This document shows positions 1 through 13,028 of a DNA stretch of 45,898 bases, one piece after another. The stretch is from contig NC_068984.1 in assembly GCF_001194135.2 (NCBI RefSeq), positions 123,234,278-123,280,175 on the forward strand. The letters are read 5' to 3'. A program made the translations under genes and the position numbers. Numbering within the stretch: position 1 is the stretch's first letter; every line of letters begins with the position of its first letter. The stretch is from Octopus bimaculoides (taxonomy: Eukaryota). The notes under the pieces are model-generated. The model saw only the letters and a list, made by a program, of their open reading frames with translations, was not told the origin of the DNA and made no database searches.

Positions 1-240
1 GGTTTTATGGGTTTTTCCACGTGTAACCTTTCCTTTTTCGAAGCGCTTCCCCCTTTGGGAGTTCTACTTATTTATTTATCTATTTATTTATCTATTTATT
101 TATTATATCTTTCTTCGTTTTCTTCCTCTGTGTAGACGAACTTTCCTACCTTTTCGGACAAAACCTTTTGTAACCTTCGTCCTGTCTTTGTCCTTATATG
201 TCTTTAATTGATATTAGCCCTTGTGGCCAATAAAACGAAT
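1..240 (+). mobile_element. probable LINE 3' UTR remnant ending gtggccAATAAAacgaat before an (ATT)n tract
   Basis: pyrimidine-rich UTR-like sequence, poly(A) signal and simple-repeat tail; family not determined. Confidence 0.3.
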
Positions 241-280
241 TAATTATTATTATTATTATTATTATCAAAACATTTTACAG

Positions 281-397
281 TTTGTTGCTAACTAAAGCTA
301 GACTTGAAGAAGTATGTCTTGGACCAGAAGAAGCTTTGGTTACGTGCAAACATATGTTGAAACTATGGAAAGATTTACATGAAATTCATCAAGAAGA
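281..397 (+). CDS. TTC7: TTC7-like exon 1 in window (117 nt, phase 2-2): LLLTKARLEEVCLGPEEALVTCKHMLKLWKDLHEIHQE
   Basis: ttttacag acceptor and GA|gtaagt donor; open frame; resembles the vertebrate TTC7B segment GPDEALLTCKHMLQIWK (recalled, not searched). Confidence 0.9.
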
Positions 398-1473
398 GTA
401 AGTATATTTGTATTTTTGCAAAATGTTTTTCTTCGTCTATTTTCTTGTTTGATGTTGTTACGTGGTCATCCATATGAAAGTAAAGATCCATGGCATTTTG
501 TTGCTAAATCATCACATGGAAAGAGACCATAAAAAAAATGAAATATCTGAATGGAAGATATATTGTAATATGTGTTTCTTTATGGGTTCCTGCCTTAGAA
601 TTCACTGCAGGTATTATGTTGGGTCCCTGTGGGAAAAATTCTAGATCTCTTACTTCATGTAGAGAATAAAAATAGGTTTCTAGAGCTGCTGGAGAAAAAA
701 AAATCATTTGTGATAAACTGTTGCTATATTGCAGAGTTTGTTTCTCAGCTATTTAATATTCATCCAGCTCCTTCTATTATACTTTTGTCACCCTACCTCC
801 CAGGGCTGATAATCTTGTAAACTGCATGCTAGTGGCATGAAAAAAGTACCTAATACATGTTGCATGGTTGTTAGCTTTCAGAAGGGCATCTAGCCAGAAA
901 AACCATGCCAAAGCAGACTCTTGGGCCCATTGTATCCTATCAAACCATCCAACCCATGCCAGCATTTTTGTGTATCTGATAAATTGACATTTTATTTTTA
1001 TTGTAAACTGCTTGATGAGAAAGAAGATGCCTATTGTTTTTTTGTTTTTTTTAAAGTCTCTTGTAAACTGTAAGGAAATAGGGATTACTGGTTGTAGTTA
1101 GTAATGTTAATGCTCATTGAGAACTACTTCAAGTAAACCCTTAACATAATGGACACACTGATTTTAATCTGCTGTTATAGTTGAGAGGCATTCACAGAAT
1201 TTCATCTACCTTTACATTTATTTGCATGGTTTTCCTGCAGAATGTTGAAAAAAAATCAATAAAATTGACCCAGTGTAGTATCGGTACCTACTTTATTCAT
1301 TATTGACTCTTATACATTACTCCTATCTATACAATACTATTGATGTGACTATCTTAGTCATTAATCATTTCTGAGCACCATGTTATTAAACCATATTACA
1401 ACAACAACAAAAACAAATTTTTTTTTTTTACTATTCATTTATTTATTTTATCTCTTTATCATTTATTTTGTAG

Positions 1474-1574
1474 TGGTTTTGAATCACAGTCAAGAGGACA
1501 TATTGATCGAACAGCATTTGACAAAAGGAGTTTAGCTCAAATGCAACTGAATGAAGTCAGTGATCGAGATTCTG
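1474..1574 (+). CDS. TTC7: TTC7-like exon 2 (101 nt, phase 2-1): (D)GFESQSRGHIDRTAFDKRSLAQMQLNEVSDRDS(G)
   Basis: ttttgtag acceptor and TG|gtaaat donor; phases join exon 1 to exon 3 exactly; resembles the DRTIADRRQLN..DPETG linker of TTC7B. Confidence 0.85.
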
Positions 1575-1585
1575 GTAAATGCATT

Positions 1586-1623
<38 letters not shown>

Positions 1624-1646
1624 TATTATTATTATTATTATTATTA

Positions 1647-1782
1647 TTCAGTAGTTTTATTTTTATAATGTGCTTTCACTTCACTACTGAGCGCAGCTCT
1701 GTGTGCCTTGGGTATGTGCTGTGGTTTGCTGTGATGCTTGTATGGTTACTGTATTGAAAGTGTTTTGCATAGGATGTGTGCA

Positions 1783-1784
<2 letters not shown>
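1647..1784 (-). mobile_element. R4/Dong-type (RLE non-LTR) extreme 3' end, 5'-truncated, inside (TAA)n
   Basis: near-identical to 11157-11290; minus strand reads TAHILCKTLSIQ-stop; (ATT)n on both sides. Confidence 0.75.
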
Positions 1785-1832
<48 letters not shown>

Positions 1833-1859
1833 CATTATTATTATTATTATTATTATTAT

Positions 1860-2040
1860 AGATGTTATTGTGTGGTTCCACTGTACATGTACCTGTGCGT
1901 AGCTCTGTGAAGCTTGGGTACACTGTGTTTTGTCTTCTTCCATTTGTGGGCTTTTCAATTATATTGAAAGTATTCTATATAATATATGTTCAGTGCCTAA
2001 TAGTATTATTTTCTGTATTATGATGTAAGTCTTAGTGTTT
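1860..2040 (-). mobile_element. second, diverged R4/Dong-type 3' end running into a gap
   Basis: homologous C-terminus (TEHILYRILSI) with a different 3' UTR; abuts (ATT)n. Confidence 0.55.
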
Positions 2041-3949
2041 NNNNNNNNNNNNNNNNNNNNNNNNNNNNNNNNNNNNNNNNNNNNNNNNNNNNNNNNNNNN
2101 NNNNNNNNNNNNNNNNNNNNNNNNNNNNNNNNNNNNNNNNNNNNNNNNNNNNNNNNNNNNNNNNNNNNNNNNNNNNNNNNTGTTTCTGTTTTTATATCAT
2201 CATTATTGTTATTTTTGTTTTTGTTTTGTGTATGTATGTATGTATGTGTATTTTTTTTTGTTTTACTGTTGTGGTGAATCCATATAGCACCAATACCTAA
2301 TTCAGACTATTTCACCTGCATTGCTAATGCCCCTGGGGAAGCATGAATGCCGTAAATCCCAAACCTGTGTGAAAAATTGAGTTCTATATAAAAAGCCATT
2401 AATATCATCATCATCGTCGTCATCATCATGATGCTCACCATCATCATAACGACCATCTTACATTTTTTCACTCTGGAGGTTTCTAACCTGTACTGGTATT
2501 TTTAGTTGGTATCTCTGAGTTTTCGGTTGTCACTCAGAAAATAGATTTAAAATGTGTGTGTATATATAAATATATATATAGTTTCCTTTGACACAGATAA
2601 TGTCACCTGCAAAAACTAAGAGTACTGCTATAGATACCACACACACGCACACACACACACATGCACACACACACGCACACACAGAGAAAGTTTAGCTGTT
2701 CTGCCTTGAGTCTGTGTAAATAATGAAATTTTACCCTGGAGGGCTCACTAAATCAGGAGACACATAGCAAAAGCAGTTTTAACAGCAATAACAACAGCAG
2801 CAGCAGCAGCAGTAGCGGCAGTTATTAAGTGTAGTGGTTGGTAGTATCAGCTTTGCTGACTATTTTATGGAAGGTCATAAGTAGGTTTATCAGTTTCTGT
2901 ATTTCTTTGCAAATTCTGTTTACTGAATGTGTAAAAAAAAAAATTAAGTTTGGTAATTTATTACTACTATCTTGTCTATTATTATTATTGAACTAAAATC
3001 TGAATAATTCATGTGTGTGTGTGGTGGGGGAGGGGTGTAGGTGAGCAAATGAAAGAAAGTAGCATTCAACATGTTTAGTTGGGGTTGTAAGTATTTAATA
3101 ACAGACTGACTCAGCTCCACATTACTTAAAGTTTTGTGAGTGCAGAACTGTCTAAATCTTCAAGTGTATGGAGTCAGAGTGAAGATAAAGTAAAGTTAAT
3201 TCTAAAAGTGGCTGCTATTTGGGCTTCTATTGGTCAGCTTAAGTCATATGTTTAATTTGGCCAAGGAACAACTAACATTGATCCAAAGGGTTGCTGATAC
3301 CAAGTGACTGAAGGCATCAAGATGATGTGTTACACAAATGCTGGGGATCTGTTGATCAGCCATAGAATGAATGATTCTGTCCTCTAGGAGATGGGAATGA
3401 AATAAAAGTTGGTGACAATGGTTAGAGAAAACTGTATTATTTTGGCTAGGTTATCAGGGCTGAGAACCTCTATACCCACGTCTTTGGGCTGTGTGAACAG
3501 AAACGAGCATGGTAAGTACAAAGATGAGCAATGCCTTCAAGGACTGGAGGGAAAGGAACCTGGTGGAATGTACGGCCGCAGCAGATTACTGTGGTGAGGA
3601 GTGGTGATTGTGCCTGATGCCTCCTGACCCTCTGCCATGAAAATGGACATACTCGTGTTATAAATTATTGCTTCTATCATTAATCATTCATTTTTGTGGG
3701 GCAGTTTATAGAGTATCAATAAACTAGGGTATTTCCTTGTTTAGGTTTATTTTATGTTCTGTGGTGCAGGCGTTACATTTGTGAAGTGACAGGAAAATGT
3801 CACACTTGTATGCCTAATGTAACAGTTGAAGTCATGTATTTTACAACTTCCATGTTGGTCATCAGATTTATAAATCATATTAGTTATTGTAGCTTATTTG
3901 TTGGTTTGCATGCTTGTGGCTTGTTATTGATAAGTTAGTTTTTAGTTTT

Positions 3950-5150
3950 AGTATTTTATCTGTTATTAGTATTAGTTTATGATTTGAAGTATTGCATTTT
4001 GCATTCTAAGATTTTTGATACTGTGTTCATCCATTCTCTAGTTAGTATGCATTTGTTTCATACAGTACACTTTATGCGTGGTTTGTGTATATTTGATAGA
4101 TGTCATATCTGATTATTTGCTGTGTTATATTTTTCCCAGGATTGTTTTGCGGTTTGGTATTGATAGCTTCTGTATTCTAGTGTTTCATTTGTGGAAGAGA
4201 ATGCAAATGCTTTCCTAAGTAGAGATTTTACTATTGACATTTAGTATATGTGTGGGCATTTGCTGTCTCCGTGTAAGTGTATGCATTTATCTGTATCTTT
4301 GGTGTAAATGGGTATACTGTATTTGTTATTTTCTATCTGAATGTTTATGTCTAGAAATGAAGTCATTATGTTGCTGGGGTTTTACTTCTACTGTTTTGGA
4401 TGTTGAATTTTTGTACATGTTGATTTTCTAGGTCTTCCTTTAATTAGTCAACATCCTCTGGTGTTTCCATTACCATGAATGTATCATCCACATAACTAGT
4501 GTATATCATGTTTATATCTTGCTACTATTTTCTATTGTATCTATATAGAAAGCCACAAGTATGGGCCGGGAGGGAGAACCTGTAGTTACTCCATTTTTTT
4601 GGCTTATATAGTTTGCCTTGGGGACAACAAAGGAATATTTCTGTTGTACATCACTACTAAATTTTTTCAGTATGTTAGCTGGTATCATGGATGATTTCAT
4701 TGTTACCTGTTTGTGTACAGTATCTAATATGGTTTCTATTGTTTCTGCCAGTGGAATGCTGGTAAACAAACTTTCTGTACCTAGGGTAGAGATGTTGCTT
4801 ACTTAGGTAGTTTCTTCTAAAATCTCTAGGAATTTTTCAGGTGATCATATACTTTATCTCTCTGGGGTGTATTGTTAGATAACATTATCAAACAATACAC
4901 ATTGGAGAGAGAGAGAGAGATACAGTATACTGTTTCTGATTAGGGAGAGGAAATGTTTTGCAACACTGGTTTTTACACAATATAGAATTTCCTTTCCTAG
5001 TGTTTTCAGTGGGGTTATTAGTTGGTGTTGGTGAATATGTTATTCTTTCTTTTAATGATTCAGGATTACTTTTGTTGTTGCATTTGACCTTTTTGTAAAA
5101 GATTCCATTAGGGAAAAAGAGAGATTTCTCATCTACAGGAAAAACATACA
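3950..5150 (-). mobile_element. decayed Penelope-like element, RT region
   Basis: ORF 4512-4769 has FTSIP..ETI and Y.Q.NGVTTGSP; followed on the minus strand by SYVDDTF and IVKSLLRKAF; a related segment lies at about 6535-6605. Confidence 0.7.
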
Positions 5151-5322
5151 TTCAAATTCATGTTGACAATTTGCTTACATTGAATTTGGGCTCATCTCTT
5201 CTAATACGCAGGAGGTGAAATAAACCACTGTCATTTTGAATTGTGTATGTGTGTGTATGCATTCACACATACATACATATGCACGTATACACGCACGCAT
5301 GCACACGCACGCATGCACACAC

Positions 5323-5356
<34 letters not shown>

Positions 5357-5402
5357 CACACNNNNNNNNNNACACACACACACACACACACACAAACACA
5401 CA

Positions 5403-5439
<37 letters not shown>

Positions 5440-5804
5440 CTTGTACTGCTGCTTATCATCTCATCCTACCTGAGCCACTCCTGTTTTTTTCACATTCCCT
5501 CCCATACTGATATTTATATCATTGACCATGCTTCCATCCTTGTCCATCATTCACTACATTCAGCTCTACTCCTATCTCCGACCATCTGTCTTGCTCTCCT
5601 TTCACATTCATATGAACTTACTTTCCCATTCTTGTTGATCTTTTGCTGGTTTCTCTCTAGTACTCTGGGAGTATTTTCTGTCACTCCTTGTACTCTGGGA
5701 GTATGTTTTGATACCATTTCTCCACCATCTTTGTCTTCTTTCCAGCTACTGCCACCTACCTATATATAATGCAATGTAGCCTTGTATTTCCTCATATTAA
5801 AGCC

Positions 5805-6054
5805 CAAAGGTTCTTACCATGTTTTACTTATGGACCCTTTTGATTAATATTTTGCCTAAGTGGATCCTCATAGTCACATGATGTTTAAAAAATCTTTTTA
5901 TATTTTTATAACTAGATGTTACTAGGAATTGCATTAAAAAATTATGATATTTTGTTTATTGTAGAAGTATAACCAATTTATTATTCATAAATTTTAACAA
6001 CAAAATTTTGTATGGACCTCCAAGGGTCATATGGACCCTGACTGAGAACTACTG
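5805..6054 (-). mobile_element. hAT/Charlie-type MITE
   Basis: terminus gagaactactg is the reverse complement of cagtagttctc; internal similarity to 13587-13976; flanks ttaaagcc/ttttagcc match 6/8 as a decayed 8-bp TSD. Confidence 0.6.
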
Positions 6055-6159
6055 TTTTAGCCTCTCAACACCTGGCATAAAGCCATTTTCCTCTCTACTA
6101 CAACCCTGTTCAACTAAGAAGGCTTTTTGTTTGTTTTGTGACTTACTTGACAACCTCAC

Positions 6160-6362
6160 TAGTGCTGGTGACATAAAAAAAAGCACCCAGTAGACTCTGT
6201 AAAGTGGTTGGCATTAGGAAGGGCAACCAGCTGTTGAAATCATGCCTGAGGAGACATCGGAGCTCAATGCAGTCCACTCACTCATTTAATCCTGCCAAAC
6301 CATCCAACTCACTCCTGCTAAAATGGAAGATGGACATTGAATGATGATGATGATAATGGTGA
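6160..6362 (+). mobile_element. RTE-3'-end-derived short element, (GAT)n tail (family C)
   Basis: gtggttggcattaggaagggc..cagctgt core and atgatgatgat tail shared with 41290-41557. Confidence 0.75.
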
Positions 6363-6690
6363 TAAAATACATTTATAGCCACCTACATACATATACTCTT
6401 ACCTATACTTTTGTATATTTTCATAACTTGATGTGAAATGATCACTAATATAGGGGATTGTTTTTAATCTATAATGCTTCCTATATTATAACTGTATAAT
6501 GTGTTATCTCTGATGCTGCTAAATTATTTTTGTTATCAGGTCTATCCCTTTTGCAAAAAATTCCATTTAAGAGAACAAAGATTATTCATCTATAGGAAAA
6601 ACATATGGTGTATCCATCATACCTATTCCACTACCAATTCCCAGGAAACCAAATCATAAAGCTCTCTTGATATATATATATATATATATA

Positions 6691-6850
6691 TCATCAACAT
6701 CATCATCAATTAATGTCCATTCTTCCATACTAGCATGGGTTGGATAGTTCAACAAAAAAGCCAGAGGGCTGCACCAAGCTCCAGTGTCTGCTTTGACATG
6801 GTTTCTACAGGTCATTGCCCTTCCTAATGCCAACCACTTTACAAAGTGTA
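6691..6850 (-). mobile_element. family C copy, reverse orientation
   Basis: (CAT)n-ttaatgtcc..gcatgggttgga..ccttcctaatgccaaccact. Confidence 0.75.
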
Positions 6851-7149
6851 TTTGCCTACATTATTCTATATTCTATAATTATTGAAATGTAACCTCTCTT
6901 TTGTTTTGAATTGTGGTCTATCAGTGTCCCTGGACAACTTTTTGCTCTGTATATTGGTTCTATGGGTAATTAGTGATTTGCGGAAATAATTCATTATGTG
7001 GTAACACCTGGCCATGTGTATAAGGCCAATGACATCTGTGAAACAATTTCGCAAACTCTCTTTGGTTTTTGATGCTGTAAACAAACATCAAGTTACCTGC
7101 CCACCAACCAGATACCTCACTCCTCATCTTGTCTTGTTTAAATCATTAG

Positions 7150-7745
7150 GGCTTCCAGCAATAATGTTGGCAACATGAAAGGTAGGTCTGGGGGGATTGC
7201 AGTGATGCCAGAGTAGATTTGAGTGGATGTATGCTGTGTACAAGAGACAAAATGAAGGGGTGGTTTAGCTAGATACCTCACAAGCAAGGAACCTTGATAC
7301 AAAATTTTCACGATGGGTAGCAGTGATGGAATGAGTGGAGTAGGTATATTGTTGGTAATGAAAGTAGTCAGATTGTCTGATAGAATAATTAAGTTTAGAC
7401 TAATCATGGGCATCACAATAGTGTGACAGTCAGGATTGGAAGATGAACAAAAGGATTATTTTCATGAGGTCCTCTTCTAAACTATCTTGTTATTAAATGA
7501 TAGTGGCCTTATTATGTCAGATGTTAGACAACACCATGATGGTTCTGTGGTATATGTGGAAGCTCCTTGAGTTCTGACACAAAAGACCTAATGATTTGCA
7601 AAACTTAACTTCAGGAAACCTGCTAATTATTTGATCACCTACTAATCATGCAGGCTCAAATGCTAAAGAGATTACATACTCACCAGGAGATATGTCAGGT
7701 GACTACTAGTCATGAGACAGGAAATGAGACAGGTAACAAAGACAT
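7150..7745 (+). mobile_element. decayed RTE-clade LINE AP-endonuclease fragment
   Basis: translates VDVCCVQETK, YKIF..G..DG.SGVGILL and RLSDRII, with stops and frameshifts. Confidence 0.7.
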
Positions 7746-7813
7746 TCTTAGACTAAGAGCTATGTGGACTCCAAGATACAAGGCAACCTAGCAAGGAGTC
7801 TTGGAGTCCACAT

Positions 7814-8470
7814 TCTTTGCAATGAGGCACTGTTTCAGTTCCACCATTACCACTTTCAGGCCATTTCTTTCAATATGATACTTCCTGTTCAGTGCCCTGT
7901 ATTTTTGTTTGCATTTATGTTCCCCTTCTCTTTTTGGTCTAACACAGAAATGTCTTTTGAGAGCATATCTAACCCTGTCTGTATTCTTCTTTTCCACCAT
8001 GGATCTTTTCTTTTGTCACTCCCATTATATTTCTTTTTCTTGACATCAACACCCACATTTTCTGCTACAACAATACTTGCTGCCTTGATCAAATTGTTTG
8101 ATTATATGATGTTTTTTGTTCTGATGTATTTCAGAATTTCTTTCACATTTTTCGTTTCTTGGTTCAATTTCCACCAATCAACCTTTATAAGGTTGCAAAT
8201 AATGTCACTATCGTTCTCCTATAGCCCTGCCTTCATTCTGCTATAGATTGCCTTTTGCCCATCTGTCATGTCACCATTAGTTTTATTGTCTTCTTCCAAA
8301 CCATCTATGTGTCTCTCATCGAGCAAGCTATCACTGTTCCTCTCCTGTGGTTTATTTGAGATTTCACCTCTGTTTTCTGCTATGAGATTACTTTTATCAG
8401 TAGGAACTGTATTTTCATCATTTCCTCTGTAGATTATGTAAGGTTCTTAACTTATTTTGAGGGAAATTTA
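7814..8470 (-). mobile_element. internal (pre-RT) fragment of an R4/Dong-type element
   Basis: DPWWKRRIQ..L.KDIS.L (ORF 7889-8092) and KYHIE.NGL..V..ELKQ.L.AK (ORF 7788-8000), typical of the R4/Dong ORF. Confidence 0.65.
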
Positions 8471-8658
8471 AAATACTCACAGGAAATTGTAGATATTCCA
8501 GTCTTTGAGAGTTATTTTTCAGTTGTCCTGCTGGGTTGTATTAATATTTCTATGTCTTCAGCTGCTGAATGGTTGGTTAGAGCAGCGAAGAACATGTCCA
8601 GACGCTGTCAAGGCTGGTGCTCTTATCATCACCATCATCATCATCATCATCATCATCA

Positions 8659-8700
<42 letters not shown>

Positions 8701-8910
8701 GGGCAGTAGATGGCAACATCAGAAGAGCAGCAAAAAAAGAATACCTTGAGGCATTTAGTTATTCTTTTTATGTTTTTGAGTTCAAATCCTGCCAAACTTG
8801 ATTTTTGCCTTTTATTCTTCCATGGTCCATAAAGAAACATACCAGTTAAATACGACAGTCTATATTCTTCTCCAATATTTATGGCTGGCCTGTGCCTCTA
8901 CTAGAAATCA
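8701..8910 (+). mobile_element. degenerate family A SINE following (CAT)n(ATT)n
   Basis: gagttcaaatcc B-box-like motif and body similarity to 21017-21240. Confidence 0.5.
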
Positions 8911-9303
8911 TTATTATGATTAGATTTCTATTATTAAGAAACAACATTAACTATTACTACAGCTATTGCTGCTGGTGCTGCTATTATTATCATCATTGTG
9001 GTTGTCGAAGGAAATTATTATTGTCTGGCTACCTGCAAGCAAGTCCAATTTAATGACTTAATTGTATTATTGGTAGTGAATAAGAAGTAGTGGCCATCAC
9101 CACTGATGGTTATTAATATATAGCTAAAAACACCTAGCGTGATTCTTCCTGCTTTATTTTATGACTTCTTACTATAATTTCCTTGTCTTTGCAGTTATCT
9201 GGTTATTGTCTCAGGCAACTTATCAATCTTCTTTGACATTCACAGTGGTGGGAACAACATATTTTCCTAACAGTATCTTGCCCATTCTCTCATTGCAGTT
9301 AAT

Positions 9304-10162
9304 TTCTCTTTCTTCCTTCCTTCCTTCCTTCCTTCCTCCCTCTCTCTCTCTCTCTCTCTCTCTCNNNNNNNNNNNNNNNNNNNNNNNNNNNNNNNNNNNN
9401 NNNNNNNNNNNNNNNNNNNNNNNNNNNNNNNNNNNNNNNNNNNNNNNNNNNNNNNNNNNNNNNNNNNNNNNNNNNNNNNNNNNNNNNNNNNNNNNNNNNN
9501 NNNNNNNNNNNNNNNNNNNNNNNNNNNNNNNNNNNNNNNNNNNNNNNNNNNNNNNNNNNNNNNNNNNNNNNNNNNNNNNNNNNNNNNNNNNNNNNNNNNN
9601 NNNNNNNNNNNNNNNNNNNNNNNNNNNNNNNNNNNNNNNNNNNNNNNNNNNNNNNNNNNNNNNNNNNNNNNNNNNNNNNNNNNNNNNNNNNNNNNNNNNN
9701 NNNNNNNNNNNNNNNNNNNNNNNNNNNNNNNNNNNNNNNNNNNNNNNNNNNNNNNNNNNNNNNNNNNNNNNNNNNNNNNNNNNNNNNNNNNNNNNNNNNN
9801 NNNNNNNNNNNNNNNNNNNNNNNNNNNNNNNNNNNNNNNNNNNNNNNNNNNNNNNNNNNNNNNNNNNNNNNNNNNNNNNNNNNNNNNNNNNNNNNNNNNN
9901 NNNNNNNNNNNNNNNNNNNNNNNNNNNNNNNNNNNNNNNNNNNNNNNNNNNNNNNNNNNNNNNNNNNNNNNNNNNNNNNNNNNNNNNNNNNNNNNNNNNN
10001 NNNNNNNNNNNNNNNNNNNNNNNNNNNNNNNNNNNNNNNNNNNNNNNNNNNNNNNNNNNNNNNNNNNNNNNNNNNNNNNNNNNNNNNNNNNNNNNNNNNN
10101 NNNNNNNNNNNNNNNNNNNNNNNNNNNNNNNNNNNNNNNNNNNNNNNNNNNNNNNNNNNNNN

Positions 10163-10201
<39 letters not shown>

Positions 10202-10275
10202 GTCTCTCTCTCTCTCTGTCTCTGTCTCTCTCTCTCTCTCTGTGTCTCTCTCTCTCTTTCTCTCTCTCTCTCTTT
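9304..10275. repeat. (CTTC)n/(CT)n microsatellite spanning the gap 9365-10162
   Basis: direct reading. Confidence 0.95.
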
Positions 10276-11156
10276 CTCATTCGCTGTCATTTACTCTCTA
10301 TAGCTCTTTGTCACTCTTTATTTCTCTATCATTTGCTCTCTATTGCTTTTCTGTTATTTCTTTCCTTCTTTCCTTACTCACCCCTATGGTTCTCTTTCAT
10401 TTACTCTGTCCTTTTCTCTACTCTCTCTGTCTTCTATTTATTCTGTATCACCTTTTCTTTTCCTCATTTTTAATTTTTCACCTTCCTCTAGTCTTTCTCT
10501 CTCTCTCTCTCTCATTGTCTCTTAAACCCTTCATTGCCATATCTCTCCCCTTCCTGCCTCATCTGTCTCTCTCTATCTTCTACACACCTGTAATTAACCT
10601 GTTCCATGTAGCACTGTTGCTACTATACATTCTCAGTTTATTAACTATGATAGTTTCTCTAGAGAACGCCAGTTTTTATCTGTCTCATCGACCAGTTATT
10701 TCAACTGTGTTACTCAGATGACAGTAATACAACTTGAAACCCTACCCGTTTGTTACACTTTCATATTTCCTGCCAATCCTTCTTCCCAAAGTACAACTGA
10801 GCTCAGAACTGACAAGAATAAGGGGTTTGGGGAATGAATGTCGTTTCCATGATTTACTCTACTGAAATAGAATAATCTCCATTTACGAGGTTTCATCTTC
10901 AGTATATTTGTAAGATGTTCAGGGGCATAGTTTTAGCATATTATCATGCCATACAAATTTATCAGCTTTAAAAATTATTATTATTATTATTTCATATATG
11001 CACAACAGTTTAGACTGTTGGAAAAGAAAAATTCCTAACATCGGGCTACAACAAGTAACCTTAAATGCCAAGAACTCTCTTAAGTATTCTAGCTGTCCGT
11101 AATAACACTGTTTTCTGGAGCTGTACTAAACTAGGTGTTTATTATTATTATTATTG

Positions 11157-11696
11157 TTCAGTAGTTTTATTTTTATAACGTGCTTTCACTTCACTACCGA
11201 GCGCAGCTCTGTGCGCCTCGGGTATGTGCTGTGGTGCTCTTATGGTTACTGTATTGAAAGTGTTTTGCGTAGAATGTGTGCAGTACCCAGTAGTGCAATT
11301 TTCTGTATGTTATATATATTTGTAAGTCCTGGTGTTTTTGTTATGTATTTGTCTGAATATTTTTTTATTATACCCAAGGCACCTACTATGATAGGAATTG
11401 TTTCTGTTTTTAGATTCCACATTCAAGTTATCTCTATTTCCAGGTCTTTGTATTTTGAAAGTTTTTCCATTTCTTTTAGAGAAACGTTGTCATCTGCTGG
11501 TATTGATACATCAATTAGAAAGCATTTTTTTTCTTCATGATCTTTGACAACTATATCTGGTCTATTTGCCTTAATTTCTCTATCTGTGTGTATTGGCATA
11601 TCCCAGAGTATGGTTGCTTTCTCGTTTTCTGTGACCTTTTCTGGCGTGTGTTTATACCATCTTTTTTCTGTTGTTATTCCATAGTGTTGGCATAGC

Positions 11697-11697
<1 letters not shown>
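11157..11697 (-). mobile_element. R4/Dong-type 3' fragment encoding the restriction-like endonuclease domain
   Basis: minus strand reads ILWDMPIHTDREIKANRPDIVVKD..LIDVSIPADDNVSLKEMEKLSKYKDLEIEI..IVGALG..TAHILRKTLSIQ (PD..D..K RLE motif); (ATT)n on both sides. Confidence 0.85.
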
Positions 11698-11750
<53 letters not shown>

Positions 11751-11751
<1 letters not shown>

Positions 11752-12187
11752 GGCAGCAAGCAAAATACTTACCAGCATTTCATTCATCTTTATGTTCTGA
11801 GTTCAAATTCTACCGAGGTTAGCTTTACCTTTCATCCTTTTGGGAGTCAATAAAATGAGTACCAGTTGAACACTGGGGTCGATGTAATCGAATAACCCCC
11901 TCCCTTCAAATTTCAGGCATTGTGTCTATAGTAGAAAGGGTTATCATTATTATTCTCGTTATTATTATTATTATTATTATTATTCAAGTGGCAACCTGGT
12001 AGAATTGTTAGCATACCAGATAAAATGTTTAGTGGCATTTCATCCGTCTTTATGTTCTGAGTTCAAATTCCACCAAGGTTGACTTTGCTTTTCATCCTTT
12101 GGGGGTTGATAAATAAGTACCAGTTGAGCACTGGGGTTGATGTAATTGATTTACTCCTCCCCTTGAAATTGTACCAAAATTTGAAAC

Positions 12188-12223
<36 letters not shown>

Positions 12224-12225
12224 CA
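11751..12225 (+). mobile_element. two head-to-tail family A SINEs with (ATT)n tails
   Basis: each has ttctgagttcaaattc, cctttcatcc..gataaa..agtaccagttga.cactgggg and an (ATT)n tail. Confidence 0.85.
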
Positions 12226-12231
12226 TGTTTG

Positions 12232-12592
12232 CTTCCCAGTCACATGGTTCCTGTTTCAGTCCCACTGCATGGCCCCTTGGGCAAGTGCCTTCTGCTATAG
12301 CCCTGGGCTGACCAAAGCCTTGTGTATATGTGTGTGTTATTTGTGTTTTTGTCTCCTTGCTTTGGCATTGTGTGATAGTTGTAAATGAGTGTCATCATGA
12401 TGCAAACAGTGTCTTTTATTTCCAATCTTCTGGGTAAACATGTCTGATCATGAGGGAAATATTACCTTATTTGGTAATTGATGAGGGTTGGCAACAGAAA
12501 GGGCATCTGACTGTGGAAAATTCACCTCAAATTCTGTCTGACCAACGTGAGTATGGAAAAGTGGGTGCTAAGAAATTATGATGATGACAGTG
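12232..12592 (+). mobile_element. family B (CORE-like) SINE variant ending in an RTE-type (GAT)n tail
   Basis: ggttcctgtttcagtcccactgc..ttgggcaagtgcctt head; internal GT-rich tract; agaaagggcatctgactgt..gatgatgac tail. Confidence 0.7.
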
Positions 12593-13028
12593 ATTATTAT
12601 TGAAGTTGGTGTTGGTGGTTAATGGCAGATTTGTTGGAGTGATGAACTTAATTACCTTGCAAAAATCCCTTTACATTCTGAATTAAATTTATAGCAAGCT
12701 AAAATTTTTCTGTGATTCCCCTGAGGTTAATAAATAAACACCAGTCAAATAATATGATCATTAAAATTTCTGGCAGTTATGTATCTACATTAGAAATCAT
12801 TATTATTGTTGTCGAAAGTGGTGTGTGTGAATGATATAATTGCTATAATCGTGAGCAAAACAGCTTGTGGTATTTAGCTGAATTCTTTGTTATTTAAATT
12901 CCTGGTTGAATTTATCTTCCCTCATTCAGAGGCCAATGAAGTACTGGTGTCAATATCATCAACTATAACCACATTCAAAATGTGTGGTTTTATGTCTCTG
13001 CTAGCAATCACTATTACTAATAAAGTTA

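Noticed and set aside
3501-3511. 11-nt microexon cag|AAACGAGCATG|gtaagt
   Set aside because: would frameshift between phase-1 junctions, has a poor pyrimidine tract, and exons 2 and 3 already join correctly
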